Shown: positions 53,007 to 62,623, counted from the first letter of the stretch. The stretch is DNA of 64,000 bases from an uncultured Burkholderiales bacterium (GCA_903906635.1 CAIVLE010000183.1:3769-67768); one strand, 5' to 3'. Program-made: numbers and translations. Notes: generated from the sequence alone by a model not told the origin.

Positions 53007-53858
53007 GATGACTTTCGCATGCTGCACCGTCTACGCGTGCGCTGGGCTGAGGTAGACATGCAAAAAATTGTCTTCAACGGCCACTACCTGATGTACTTTG
53101 ACACCGCCATGGCTGACTATTGGCGCGCACTGGCCTTGCCTTATGAACAAACCATGCATGACTTAGGGGGCGATTTGTACGTCAAGAAGGCCAGTGTCGA
53201 GTACCACGGCTCGGCCCGCTACGACGACCAGCTCGATGTGGGCCTCAAATGCCAGCGCATCGGCAATTCATCCATCCAGTTTATCGGTGCTATTTTTTGT
53301 GGCGCTCAGCTCCTGATCACCAGCGAGTTGATTTATGTCTACGCCAATCCCGCCACACAAACTTCGCTGCCTGTGCCTGAGACCTTACGCACCATTCTGG
53401 AAGGCTTTGAAGCCGGTGAAGCCATGACCATGTGCCAACTGGGCACCTGGGACGCGCTGCGCGCGAACTCCCAAACCGTGCGCACGGACGTGTTTGTCGG
53501 CGAACAAGGTATTGCCCCTCAAGACGAGTGGGATGAGGCCGACGCCACGGCCGTGCATGCGGTGCTGACTAACCGCTACGGTGTGCCCTTGGGGACGGCA
53601 CGCTTGCTGCAACCGCAAGTCGCAGTGGGACAAATTGGCCGCATGGCAGTCACGCGCCTGATGCGCGGTTCAGGCTTTGGCCACGCCTTGCTCCAAGCCT
53701 TGGTGCAAGCCGCACAAAACCGGGGGGACCGAGAGGTGCGTTTACATGCGCAACGCAGTGCCGAAGGGTTTTACAGGCGTCAGGGCTTTGTTGCTGTTGG
53801 CGAGCCATTTGATGAAGTGGGCATAGCCCACATCGAGATGAGGCGAAGTTTGCCCTGA
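52980..53858 (+). CDS. Fusion protein: 4HBT/YbgC-type acyl-CoA thioesterase (N-terminal) plus GNAT acetyltransferase (C-terminal)
   Basis: The N-terminal half has VRWAEVDMQKIVFNGHYLMYFD, a hotdog thioesterase signature. The C-terminal half has GRMAVTRLMRGSGFGHALLQALV...AEGFYRRQGF, a GNAT acetyl-CoA binding motif. Confidence 0.8.
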   Translation: MTRMTRMTRDDFRMLHRLRVRWAEVDMQKIVFNGHYLMYFDTAMADYWRALALPYEQTMHDLGGDLYVKKASVEYHGSARYDDQLDVGLKCQRIGNSSIQFIGAIFCGAQLLITSELIYVYANPATQTSLPVPETLRTILEGFEAGEAMTMCQLGTWDALRANSQTVRTDVFVGEQGIAPQDEWDEADATAVHAVLTNRYGVPLGTARLLQPQVAVGQIGRMAVTRLMRGSGFGHALLQALVQAAQNRGDREVRLHAQRSAEGFYRRQGFVAVGEPFDEVGIAHIEMRRSLP

Positions 53859-53862
53859 ACGC

Positions 53863-54819
53863 TCAAATGTCGTCGCGCAGCGGGTAGGGCAGGGGCAACA
53901 AGGCGAGCACGGGGCCTTGAGCGCTGTCCAAGTGCAAGCTGTGCCCCTGAGTGGCGGAGAGTTGCAACTCGGCAATGGCTACGTGAGAGACGCCATCACT
54001 TGCTGCCTGGGCGACCAAACCACAAGGCTGTGAGGGGTCTGCACTCAAAAAAATCTCTTGGCCTGCACGCATGGCTTCATCAGCTTGCACGATGAAGGCA
54101 CGGCGCTTCAAAGTACCGCGAAACTGGCTGCGCGCCACCACCTCTTGGCCGGGGTAACAGCCCTTTTTGAAGTTCACCCCATCCAGCGACTCGTAGTTCA
54201 GCATCTGTGGCACAAAGGCCTCGTAGGTGGCCAACTCGACCCACGCCACGCCGCTCATCACCTCAGCGACGCCCCATTGCTCTGCGGACAAGGACGCAAA
54301 CGCAGTCACAGCCTGAGTGCTGGGGCTGCCAACTGGCGCCAAGAACAAAGCACGTGCAACGCCTTGTGAGGGGTGGATGGTCAGCACATCGGCGCTGTCA
54401 GGCCCCTCGTTCACCACATGGCGCAAACCGGGTTCGGTTGATGCAGCAGTGCCACACAGGTGTTGCACCACGTCGCCCGACAATCCCAGCAGCGTGAAAT
54501 CGGCGCTGGCGTCAGTTAGTTTGGCTTTGGCACGCAACACAAACATGGACAAGCGTTTGAGGGTTTGTGCCAGCAAGTCCCGCCGACACACCAACAACAC
54601 CTCGTCAGCAGCGCGCTTGTAAAGCACAAAACTCGCTTGCATGCGACCCTTCGCATTGCAAAAAGCCGCCAAGCGGACATGCTTGGCGTCGAGCAGCAAC
54701 ACGTCTTGGGTGAGTTGGTTGTGCAAAAAGTTAGCGGCATCTGCGCCGCTCACGCGGATCACGCCCAGATGGAGCAGGGGGCTGACGCCGTGAGGCAGGG
54801 GGGTGGGGGTCAAAGGCAT
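53863..54819 (-). CDS. ygfZ: Folate-dependent Fe/S-cluster and tRNA-modification protein YgfZ
   Basis: 318 aa, aminomethyltransferase-like, with the diagnostic KGCYPGQE motif. Confidence 0.85.
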   Translation of the reverse strand: MPLTPTPLPHGVSPLLHLGVIRVSGADAANFLHNQLTQDVLLLDAKHVRLAAFCNAKGRMQASFVLYKRAADEVLLVCRRDLLAQTLKRLSMFVLRAKAKLTDASADFTLLGLSGDVVQHLCGTAASTEPGLRHVVNEGPDSADVLTIHPSQGVARALFLAPVGSPSTQAVTAFASLSAEQWGVAEVMSGVAWVELATYEAFVPQMLNYESLDGVNFKKGCYPGQEVVARSQFRGTLKRRAFIVQADEAMRAGQEIFLSADPSQPCGLVAQAASDGVSHVAIAELQLSATQGHSLHLDSAQGPVLALLPLPYPLRDDI

Positions 54820-55882
54820 GGCTGAATTATCATGCCCTCATCATCATCGAGACGGGAACAGGGTTGTGACAAGGCATGTCAAACAGATTTTGGGGACATT
54901 GGTGTGCGCGCTGGTCCTGGCTGCTGGCGCCGCCGCTTGGTGGGTGTTGCGCCCCCTGCCGCTGAATGCGCCCACGGTGGACGTGTCCATCGAGCCCCAA
55001 ACTCCGGTGCGAGGCATTGCGCAATTGGTGGTGACGTCGGGCGTGCACATTGACCCCGATGTGCTGTATGTGTTTTTCAGAGCCAGTGGCCAGTCGCGCA
55101 AGCTGCGTGCTGGCAGTTACGAAATCACCCAAGGCAACACCGCCTTGGATGTGCTGCGCAAACTCACCCGGGGCGAAGAAAGCCTCAAGGCCGTGACCCT
55201 GGTGGAGGGCTGGACGTGGCGCCAGTTCAGGGCTGCCTTGGCCAAGGCAGAAGGCCTCAAGCACGACAGCGCAGGCTTGACGGATGAGGCAATCATGACC
55301 ACTTTGGGCCTGTCGGGCATGGCCCCCGAAGGGCGCTTTTACCCCGACACTTACACCTACGGCAAAGGCAGCTCCGAGGTTCACCTGATGCAGCGCGCTG
55401 CCAAGGCTATGAACCATCACCTGAGCGAAGCTTGGACTCAGCGCGCGCCCAATGTGGCCTTGCAAAGTGCAGAAGACGCGCTTATTTTGGCCAGCATCGT
55501 CGAAAAAGAATCAGGCCGCGAGAGCGACCGCACCATGATCAGCAGTGTCTTTCACAACCGACTGCGCATTGGCATGCCTTTGCAAACCGACCCCACGGTG
55601 ATTTATGGCTTGGGTGAGTCGTTTGATGGCAATCTGCGCCGTGCCGATTTGCGTACCGACCACCCCTGGAACACCTACACCCGCAAAGGCCTGCCACCCA
55701 CCCCCATTGCCATGCCAGGGCGCAATGCGTTGAAAGCAGCCGTCTCTCCAGCCAACAGCCAAGCCTTGTACTTTGTGGCCCGAGGAGACGGCAGCAGCCA
55801 GTTCAGTGACACCCTGGACGCCCATAACACGGCGGTCAACCGCTACCAACGCTCGAGCTCAAGCGCAGCGCAGGCAAAATAG
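54818..55882 (+). CDS. mltG: Endolytic murein transglycosylase MltG (YceG-like)
   Basis: An N-terminal TM helix ([21 protein letters not shown]) followed by a YceG domain ([43 protein letters not shown]). The start is uncertain. ATG 54818 overlaps the ygfZ start codon. GTG 54866 is a good alternative. Confidence 0.82.
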   Translation: MAELSCPHHHRDGNRVVTRHVKQILGTLVCALVLAAGAAAWWVLRPLPLNAPTVDVSIEPQTPVRGIAQLVVTSGVHIDPDVLYVFFRASGQSRKLRAGSYEITQGNTALDVLRKLTRGEESLKAVTLVEGWTWRQFRAALAKAEGLKHDSAGLTDEAIMTTLGLSGMAPEGRFYPDTYTYGKGSSEVHLMQRAAKAMNHHLSEAWTQRAPNVALQSAEDALILASIVEKESGRESDRTMISSVFHNRLRIGMPLQTDPTVIYGLGESFDGNLRRADLRTDHPWNTYTRKGLPPTPIAMPGRNALKAAVSPANSQALYFVARGDGSSQFSDTLDAHNTAVNRYQRSSSSAAQAK

Positions 55883-55898
55883 CCACTCTGAAGGTTTT

Positions 55899-56537
55899 AT
55901 GACACACACGGGTTTGTTCATCAGTTTTGAAGGCATTGACGGCGCTGGCAAGTCCACCCACATCGACGGGCTGGCCCAGGCCTTCAAGGCGCAGGGCCGT
56001 CACGTCACGCTCACGCGCGAGCCCGGTGGCACACCTTTGGCCGAAAAACTGCGTGACCTGGTGTTGCACGATGCCATGGACCCATTGACCGAAGCCCTGT
56101 TGATTTTTGCGGCCCGTCGCGATCACTTGCAGCACGTCATTGAGCCCGCACTCGCGCGTGGCGAGGTGGTGTTGTGTGATCGCTTCACCGATGCCACTTT
56201 TGCCTACCAAGGCAGCGGCCGTGGCTTTGACCTGGCCGTGCTGCAACAGTTGGAAGCATGGGTACAACACACGCCCAACGGTTTGCGACAACCCGATGTG
56301 ACGGTGTGGTTTGAACTCGATCCGCAGGTGGCAGCTGTGCGTTTAGCAGGCGCGCGCGTGCCCGACCGATTTGAGGCACAGCCCGTGACGTTCTTTGAAA
56401 AAGTATCACAGGGTTATGCAGAGCGCGCCGGGGCAGACCCGCAACGCTTTGTGCGTTTGGACGCAGCACAAACACGCGAAGCGGTCTGGCAGCAACTGCT
56501 GGAGCAGTTGGTGCAACAAGGATGGTTGAACCCGTGA
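55899..56537 (+). CDS. tmk: dTMP (thymidylate) kinase
   Basis: ORF 55773.. trimmed to ATG 55899 ([20 protein letters not shown], the P-loop). 212 aa. Confidence 0.92.
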   Translation: MTHTGLFISFEGIDGAGKSTHIDGLAQAFKAQGRHVTLTREPGGTPLAEKLRDLVLHDAMDPLTEALLIFAARRDHLQHVIEPALARGEVVLCDRFTDATFAYQGSGRGFDLAVLQQLEAWVQHTPNGLRQPDVTVWFELDPQVAAVRLAGARVPDRFEAQPVTFFEKVSQGYAERAGADPQRFVRLDAAQTREAVWQQLLEQLVQQGWLNP

Positions 56538-57553
56538 GCGACGCAACTTCCCGCACCCGCCCCATCCTCAGCCCCTGGTTGCAAGGCCAACTGACTACTT
56601 TGTTAGCGCGCAGGGGACATGCCTGGTTGTTGCAAGGCCCCTCAGGTTTGGGACAGTACACGCTGGCGTTGGAATTGGCTCGCGCTTGGCTGTGCGAAAC
56701 CCCTTCGGCCCATGGGGCGTGCTACCAATGTCGCAGTTGCCATGCGGTGGATGTGCGTACCCATGCCGACTTGTGCACCCTGATGCCTGAAACACTGGCA
56801 CTTGAGCTTCATTGGCCACTGGACGAGAAAACTCAAAAAGACCTTGAGGACAAGAAGCGCAAACCCAGCAAAGAAATTCGTGTCGAAGCTGCGCGTGACA
56901 TGGTGGGTTTTAGCCAACAAACCCGCTCGGGAGGCAAGACCAAGGTGGTGCTGGTCTACCCGGCTGAGCGCATGAACCACATCACGGCCAACACCATCTT
57001 AAAAACCCTGGAGGAGCCGCCTGGGGAAACTCGGTTTGTGCTGGCCAGTGAGGCGGCGCACATGTTGCTGCCCACCATTCGCAGCCGCTGCCAGACCCAC
57101 ACCATGGTGTGGCCCAGCGTTGACGAATCTTTGTCTTGGTTGCAAGGGCAGGGCACTTCCGATGTGGATGCGCCCGTGTTGTTGCGCGCGGCCGGAGGTC
57201 GCACCGAAGATGCGCTGGCCATGGCACAACAAGGTGTGAAAGCCGCGCACTGGGCAGCATTACCCAAAGCCATTCAGCGCGGGGATGTCTCTGCGCTTGC
57301 TGAGGGCACCCCGGCGCAAGCCATCGCGATGCTGCAAAAACTGTGTCACGACTTGCTGGCAGTGCGCGCGGGGGCTGCTCCTCGATTTTTCATGCCCACT
57401 GATTTACCCGTATGCGGCAGCTTGGCCTCTTTGAGTGTCTGGTCACGTGAGTTGATGCAAGCTGCGCGTACCGCCGAACACCCGTTCAATGCCGGACTGA
57501 TGTTTGAAGCCTTGGTGGCACGTGCCCAACTGGCGATGCGCGCCAACTCTTGA
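56522..57553 (+). CDS. holB: DNA polymerase III subunit delta-prime
   Basis: AAA+ N-terminus ([13 protein letters not shown]) and a Cys cluster ([10 protein letters not shown]), in the position after tmk. Alternative start GTG 56534 forms GTGA with the tmk stop. Confidence 0.85.
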   Translation: MVEPVSDATSRTRPILSPWLQGQLTTLLARRGHAWLLQGPSGLGQYTLALELARAWLCETPSAHGACYQCRSCHAVDVRTHADLCTLMPETLALELHWPLDEKTQKDLEDKKRKPSKEIRVEAARDMVGFSQQTRSGGKTKVVLVYPAERMNHITANTILKTLEEPPGETRFVLASEAAHMLLPTIRSRCQTHTMVWPSVDESLSWLQGQGTSDVDAPVLLRAAGGRTEDALAMAQQGVKAAHWAALPKAIQRGDVSALAEGTPAQAIAMLQKLCHDLLAVRAGAAPRFFMPTDLPVCGSLASLSVWSRELMQAARTAEHPFNAGLMFEALVARAQLAMRANS

Positions 57554-57559
57554 TTGCCT

Positions 57560-58354
57560 ATGTTCACCGACTCCCATTGCCATCTCAACTTTCCAGAACT
57601 CGCTCAAAACATGGGTTCAATCCGTGCCGACATGGCTGCAGCACAGGTCACACGCGCCTTGGTGATCAGCACCACCTTGGAGAAATTTCCCGAAGTTCAT
57701 GGGCTGGCCACTGAGTTTGAAAACTTCTGGGCCACGGTGGGTGTGCATCCTGACAATGAGGGCGTACAAGAACCCACCCTGGAGGATCTCATCGATCGTG
57801 CGCAACTGCCGCGTGTGGTGGGCATTGGCGAGACCGGTTTGGATTACTACCGCTTAGGTGAGCGCAGCGTCGCGGAGATGGAATGGCAGCGCGAGCGGTT
57901 TCGGGTACATATTCGCGCTGCACAACACACCCAATTGCCCTTGGTCATCCATACCCGAAGCTCATCGGCAGACACTTTGCGCATTTTGAAAGAAGAGGGC
58001 GAGGATGGCTCTGTTGGCAGTGCAGGAGGCGTATTCCATTGCTTCACTGAAACCGCAGAAGTCGCACGTGCGGGCTTGGATTTGGGTTTTTACATTTCGT
58101 TTTCAGGCATTTTGACGTTCAAGAATGCCCAAGATTTGCGTGACGTGGCGGCGTTTGTGCCCCTGGAGCGCATCTTGATTGAGACCGACAGCCCCTATCT
58201 AGCACCAACACCGCACCGGGGAAAAACCAACAATCCGTCCTATGTGCCGTTTGTGGCACAGCAAATAGCCCACATCCGAGGTCTGGCGGTAGAGGATGTA
58301 GCGCGCATCACCAGCGAAAACTTTGATCGACTTTTTAGCGCAGTATGCCTATGA
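57560..58354 (+). CDS. TatD-family metal-dependent hydrolase (YcfH-like)
   Basis: MFTDSHCHL N-terminus, with the ORF's TTG 57554 trimmed to ATG 57560. Also IGETGLDY and ETDSPYL. Confidence 0.9.
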   Translation: MFTDSHCHLNFPELAQNMGSIRADMAAAQVTRALVISTTLEKFPEVHGLATEFENFWATVGVHPDNEGVQEPTLEDLIDRAQLPRVVGIGETGLDYYRLGERSVAEMEWQRERFRVHIRAAQHTQLPLVIHTRSSSADTLRILKEEGEDGSVGSAGGVFHCFTETAEVARAGLDLGFYISFSGILTFKNAQDLRDVAAFVPLERILIETDSPYLAPTPHRGKTNNPSYVPFVAQQIAHIRGLAVEDVARITSENFDRLFSAVCL

Positions 58355-59013
58355 AATATTTTTTTCGTTGGATCTCAGGGCTTGGTTTGGCACTCGTCAT
58401 CTCGTGTGCACAGGCTGGCGCCTATGACGATTTTTTCAAAGCCTTGGAAGTTGACAATGTGCAAGACATTCAACGCTTGCTCTCTCGAGGCATGGATCCC
58501 AATACACCCAATGCAAACGGCGACCCCGCCTTGGTAGTTGCCACTCGGCTTGGGGCGAGCAAATCAGCGATGCTTTTGCTTGAGCACCCCAAGACTCGGA
58601 TCAATGTGGTCAATACCGTCGATGAAACGCCCTTGATGCTGGCCGCGTTGAATAACCAATTAGAGGTGGCGAAAGCCTTGATCGCTCGTGAGGCAGAAGT
58701 TAACCGCAAAGGTTGGGCGCCATTGCATTACGCAGCCACCAAGGGCCACATCCAGATGATGCGCTTGCTGTTGGACAACAGCGCTTATATTGACGCGGAG
58801 TCACCCAACGGCACCACCCCCTTGATGATGGCGGCCTATTACGGCACGCCATTGGCAGTCAAGCTGTTGCTGGAAGAGGGCGCAGACCCCATGCCGCGCA
58901 ATCAATCGCATGTGAATGCTTTGGACTTGGCACTCAAGGCAGAGCACCAACAAAGCGCGTTTTATCTGCGCGCTTTCATCGAAGCGTGGGAAATCAAAGA
59001 GCAGGGTGAATAA
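58351..59013 (+). CDS. Secreted ankyrin-repeat protein
   Basis: Signal peptide (MKYFFRWISGLGLALVISCAQA), then repeated ankyrin units (TPLMLAALNNQLEVAKALI; APLHYAATKGHIQMMRLLL; TPLMMAAYYGTPLAVKLLL). ATG 58351 overlaps the tatD stop (ATGA). ATG 58345 is the alternative. Confidence 0.8.
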   Translation: MKYFFRWISGLGLALVISCAQAGAYDDFFKALEVDNVQDIQRLLSRGMDPNTPNANGDPALVVATRLGASKSAMLLLEHPKTRINVVNTVDETPLMLAALNNQLEVAKALIAREAEVNRKGWAPLHYAATKGHIQMMRLLLDNSAYIDAESPNGTTPLMMAAYYGTPLAVKLLLEEGADPMPRNQSHVNALDLALKAEHQQSAFYLRAFIEAWEIKEQGE

Positions 59014-59016
59014 AGC

Positions 59017-59865
59017 TCACTCAGCAACGACCTCGTTGCGCAAAATACCCAGCGGAGTGACCTCGACCTCCAAGACATCTCCCGCCTTCATGAAAATTTG
59101 AGGATCTCGCCGATGGCCTACACCACCCGGTGTACCTGTGGCGATGACATCCCCGGGTTCGAGGCGGCAAATGCCTGAGATGTAATGCACCAATTCGGCC
59201 AAGTCCCAGGCCATCAAGTCAAAGCCGCTGTGCTGCATGACCGCACCGTTTAGGCGTGTGGTCAACACCATACTTTTCGGATCGGCAATTTCATCACGGG
59301 TGACCAACCAGGGCCCAAACGCGCTGCTCGCGTCAAAGTTTTTACCCGCGGTGACGCTGTGCTTTTGGTAGTCACGCAGCGAGCCATCCATCACGATGGA
59401 GTAGCCCGCGATGTGGGACATGGCATCTTTTACCGCGATGTGACGCCCAGCTTTGCCGATCATGATGGCCACTTCACCTTCGAAATCAAACCGATCCGAC
59501 AGCGATGGCAACACAATGGGTTGACCATGACCCACCAAAGACTGGGGGTGCTTGCTGAACATATTAGGGAAGAGCAAGTCTTCTTTACCGGCCTCTAACT
59601 GATGGGCTTTGTAGGCCCAGCCCAGGGCGAACATGCGCATGTCCAAGCGTGGATTCACGGGCAAAAACTTCAACGCAGACATCGGGTGATCTGGCGCTGT
59701 GGTGTTGGCCAACATGGCTTGTGCTTGTGTCAACAAATCGTTGGCAAACAAACCGACTAAATCTGTGCAACGCGAACCAAAGCGCGCACCAAGGTCCACG
59801 AACCCTTGCTCGGTGATGGCCCCAAAGTGTGCCTGGCCCTTGATTTCTACTGTAGCCAACTTCAT
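59017..59865 (-). CDS. Fumarylacetoacetate hydrolase (FAH) family protein
   Basis: ORF ..59934 trimmed to ATG 59865, which follows GGGAG. FAH-fold motifs are present (DFEGEVAIMIGK, GDVIATGTPGGVG). Confidence 0.88.
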   Translation of the reverse strand: MKLATVEIKGQAHFGAITEQGFVDLGARFGSRCTDLVGLFANDLLTQAQAMLANTTAPDHPMSALKFLPVNPRLDMRMFALGWAYKAHQLEAGKEDLLFPNMFSKHPQSLVGHGQPIVLPSLSDRFDFEGEVAIMIGKAGRHIAVKDAMSHIAGYSIVMDGSLRDYQKHSVTAGKNFDASSAFGPWLVTRDEIADPKSMVLTTRLNGAVMQHSGFDLMAWDLAELVHYISGICRLEPGDVIATGTPGGVGHRRDPQIFMKAGDVLEVEVTPLGILRNEVVAE

Positions 59866-60023
59866 CCCAGACTCCCATGATTGATTTAGATTGAATGCCG
59901 AGATTATTTTGCGGCCTACACGTGTGAAGCCCATGACGCTTCAGCGACAAACTGAATTGGGGAAGATGCTCGGTGTTTTCAAAATTTCTGATGTTAGGAT
60001 TTTTTTAAATTTTGGAGGCAGCG

Positions 60024-61010
60024 ATGCACGTGTTGGAAAAAATCATTCACCGAACTTTGTTCGTTTGCATTGCGATGGCGATGCTGTTGGCCACCCACGT
60101 GCAAGCCCAAGACTACCCATCGCGTCCCATACGCATGGTGGTGCCACAACCCCCAGGGGGTGGCACCGACATTTTGGGGCGCAGCGTGGCGCAAAAACTG
60201 TCCGAAGTTTTGCGCCAACCTGTGGTGGTTGAAAACAAAACAGGTGCGGGCTCTTTGATCGGCACCGAGTACGTGGCGCGAGCCCCAGCCGATGGTTACA
60301 CCTTGATGGTCGGTGGCATCTTCAACATGGTCATGAACAAAGCGCTCATCAAGAACTTGTCCTATTCCCCCGAGAAAGATTTCATCAGCTTGGGCTATGT
60401 ATCTGCCTATCCGTTTGTCTTGCTCACGCGTGCCGACTTGCCGGTGAACAATTTGGCAGAGTTGGTGACTTATGCCAAAGACAGACCAGGCAAACTGACC
60501 TATGGTTCTGGCGGATTGGGAACGCTCCAACACGTGTGGGGCGCCATTTTGACCAGCAGTCTGGGCTTGGACATGCTGCACATTCCCTTCAAGGGCGCGT
60601 CGCCTGCGCACCAAGAGATGATGGGTGGTCGTTTGGATGTGATGTTTGACAACATGTCGGCCTCGAAACAATACGTCCAATCGGGCCGACTCAAAGGATT
60701 GGTTGTTTCTTCCGCGGCTCGCAGCCCGCAGTTGCCCAATGTTCCAACCGTGAATGAAAGCGGTTTGGTCAAGTTTGAAGGGGAGAGCTGGTTTGGTATT
60801 TTTGCCCCTGCTGCAACGCCAGCGCCCGTGGTAGCCAAGCTGCGCGAAGCCTTGGCCTCCATCAATGCACAGGCGGATTTTTCAGCCAAAGTCGAGCGCG
60901 ATGGCGGGCGCATGCTAAATATTCCAGCGGCTCAACAACAAAATTATTTGCGCGATGAAATTGACCGCTGGGTGAGTGCTGTCAACCGCTACAACGTCAC
61001 GGCGGATTGA
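60024..61010 (+). CDS. Bug-family (TctC-like) substrate-binding protein, second copy
   Basis: ORF 60012.. trimmed to ATG 60024, which follows GGAGG. A signal peptide is followed by YPSRPIRMVVPQPPGGGTDILGR. Confidence 0.85.
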   Translation: MHVLEKIIHRTLFVCIAMAMLLATHVQAQDYPSRPIRMVVPQPPGGGTDILGRSVAQKLSEVLRQPVVVENKTGAGSLIGTEYVARAPADGYTLMVGGIFNMVMNKALIKNLSYSPEKDFISLGYVSAYPFVLLTRADLPVNNLAELVTYAKDRPGKLTYGSGGLGTLQHVWGAILTSSLGLDMLHIPFKGASPAHQEMMGGRLDVMFDNMSASKQYVQSGRLKGLVVSSAARSPQLPNVPTVNESGLVKFEGESWFGIFAPAATPAPVVAKLREALASINAQADFSAKVERDGGRMLNIPAAQQQNYLRDEIDRWVSAVNRYNVTAD

Positions 61011-61539
61011 TGCGCGCGGACATTTCAAGCTGCCACTCTTGCATGGGTTTTCGCGATGGGTTGTCTTTCAGACGCTGTTCAGTGACTTGATGAATGCCTT
61101 CATCACTCAGCGTCAGATCTAAGGAGTCCAAGTAAGGTTGTTCCACATGCCAAGGCGTGTCAAGGTAAATCTCGATCCGATTGACCTCTGGGTCACGGAA
61201 ATACATCGACCATGAGTTGCCATGGTCAACGGTTTGAACCAGCGTCACATCGTCACGCGCGCTGACCAAGTCATGCATCTGCCTCAAGTCGTTCAAAGAG
61301 CCTACTTGAAACGAGATTTGCTGTAAGCCGTAGCCCGTGCCAGAGCCTGGCGGGCGTCCGGTTTCCATCACCAACTGATGGTGTGCCTTGGCGTCACGGC
61401 TCAGAAACACCACATGGTGATCGCGCACAAAGCCTTTGTCAGTGACACAAAACCCCAAAACGTCTTGGTAAAACTGAGACATCTTGTCGATATCCCACAC
61501 AAACATCCCCATGTGGCGGAGCTTCAAATCAGGCAGCAT
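60997..61539 (-). CDS. VOC (glyoxalase/bleomycin-resistance/extradiol dioxygenase) family protein
   Basis: 180 aa. The N-terminal LRHMGMFVWDIDKMSQFYQDVLGF and later FRDPEVNRIEIY are typical VOC beta-alpha-beta modules. Confidence 0.72.
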   Translation of the reverse strand: MLPDLKLRHMGMFVWDIDKMSQFYQDVLGFCVTDKGFVRDHHVVFLSRDAKAHHQLVMETGRPPGSGTGYGLQQISFQVGSLNDLRQMHDLVSARDDVTLVQTVDHGNSWSMYFRDPEVNRIEIYLDTPWHVEQPYLDSLDLTLSDEGIHQVTEQRLKDNPSRKPMQEWQLEMSARINPP

Positions 61540-61551
61540 CTTTGACTTTCT

Positions 61552-61998
61552 TCAAACCAATTTGAAATCCAACTTGACTGACTTGTGCGCTATCAACCAA
61601 CGCCCGTCAATTTTGCGCATCACGTCTTCGTAACGGCCCATCAACACTGGGCCCGCCATAGGTGCAGGGGTGGCGTCGCCGGGTTGAAGGTCTTTGCGAA
61701 AGACCATGGCGTAGGAGTCGACATGGACTTCATGCTCAGAAATGGCTCGAATTCGGAAGTTAGAGAGCACATGACGCACCAAGATACCGGGCTGACGTTT
61801 AGCGGCCCAAGCCCTTAATCCTTGTGGCCCATGCAACACACCGTCAGCGCGAACCCACACCGCATCAGGTGCAAGATAGGCCTCCATGGCTTGGAATTCG
61901 TCCATGTCAAAGTGCCCCATGAAGGCCAACAAATTTTGTTGACATTCAAATTGATCTTCTATGGACAAGAAGTGGTTGTTTTTGTCATCGTTGGTCAT
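61552..61998 (-). CDS. SnoaL/NTF2-like fold protein
   Basis: 148 aa. The pattern of a C-terminal GRYEDVMRKIDGRWLIAHKSVKLDF strand and an N-terminal helical part fits SnoaL-like proteins. It is coupled to the VOC gene 12 nt downstream. Confidence 0.55.
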   Translation of the reverse strand: MTNDDKNNHFLSIEDQFECQQNLLAFMGHFDMDEFQAMEAYLAPDAVWVRADGVLHGPQGLRAWAAKRQPGILVRHVLSNFRIRAISEHEVHVDSYAMVFRKDLQPGDATPAPMAGPVLMGRYEDVMRKIDGRWLIAHKSVKLDFKLV

Positions 61999-62150
61999 GT
62001 TGGCGCTGTTCAGTGGTTTTGGAAATGCCCTGAATATAGCGCCTTGGATTGTCTAAAAGCCCCCAACACTTATCACAATAGAAATTTTCCACTGGCACAC
62101 TGAATCAGAGCTGCAAGGCACTTATAGACGTTCGCTTTTAAGCACTTTAT

Positions 62151-62170
62151 AAGATGATTAGCATCATCTT
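62151..62170. repeat. Inverted repeat / hairpin AAGATGAT-TAGC-ATCATCTT in the AT-rich junction
   Basis: Read directly: 8-bp perfect arms with a 4-nt loop. No flanking U tract on either strand. Confidence 0.5.
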
Positions 62171-62263
62171 CAACGCGTAGTTATTATTCGGAATAAACTT
62201 TGAATATACGGCGTGGGGTAGCGATTTTTTTAATCCGAGACTTCAATTCAATAAATTTGTCAG

Positions 62264-62623
62264 ATAGGTTCACCGTTCGTCTTGCATGGGCGAATGTCCA
62301 AGAAACAGCGTGCTGCGCTGGTGGCAGATCTGGATGCGCTACCACCCAACGCACCGCGCGTCTTGCTCTCCACTGGAAAGCTGGTTGGCGAAGGTTTTGA
62401 CCACCCCCCGCTAGACACACTGGTCTTGGCTATGCCTGTTTCATGGAAAGGCACGCTGCAGCAGTATGCAGGGCGTTTGCACCGTGAACACGCAGGAAAG
62501 ACCGACGTGCGAATCATCGATTTTGTGGACACTGGCCACCCGGCGCTGCTGCGCATGTGGGATAAACGGCAAATTGGGTATCGGGCGATGGGCTATCGAC
62601 TTCAGCAGTTAGCCGATCAGTAG
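62264..62623 (+). pseudogene. 5-prime-truncated remnant of a superfamily-2 (DEAD/DEAH, restriction-Res-like) helicase; only the last approx 115-120 codons remain
   Basis: The translation LHGRMSKKQRAALVADL...LLSTGKLVGEGFDHPPLDTLVLAMP...QQYAGRLHR shows helicase C-domain motifs V and VI only. An in-frame TAA at 62252-62254 lies just upstream. No Walker A/DEAD portion is present. Confidence 0.6.
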
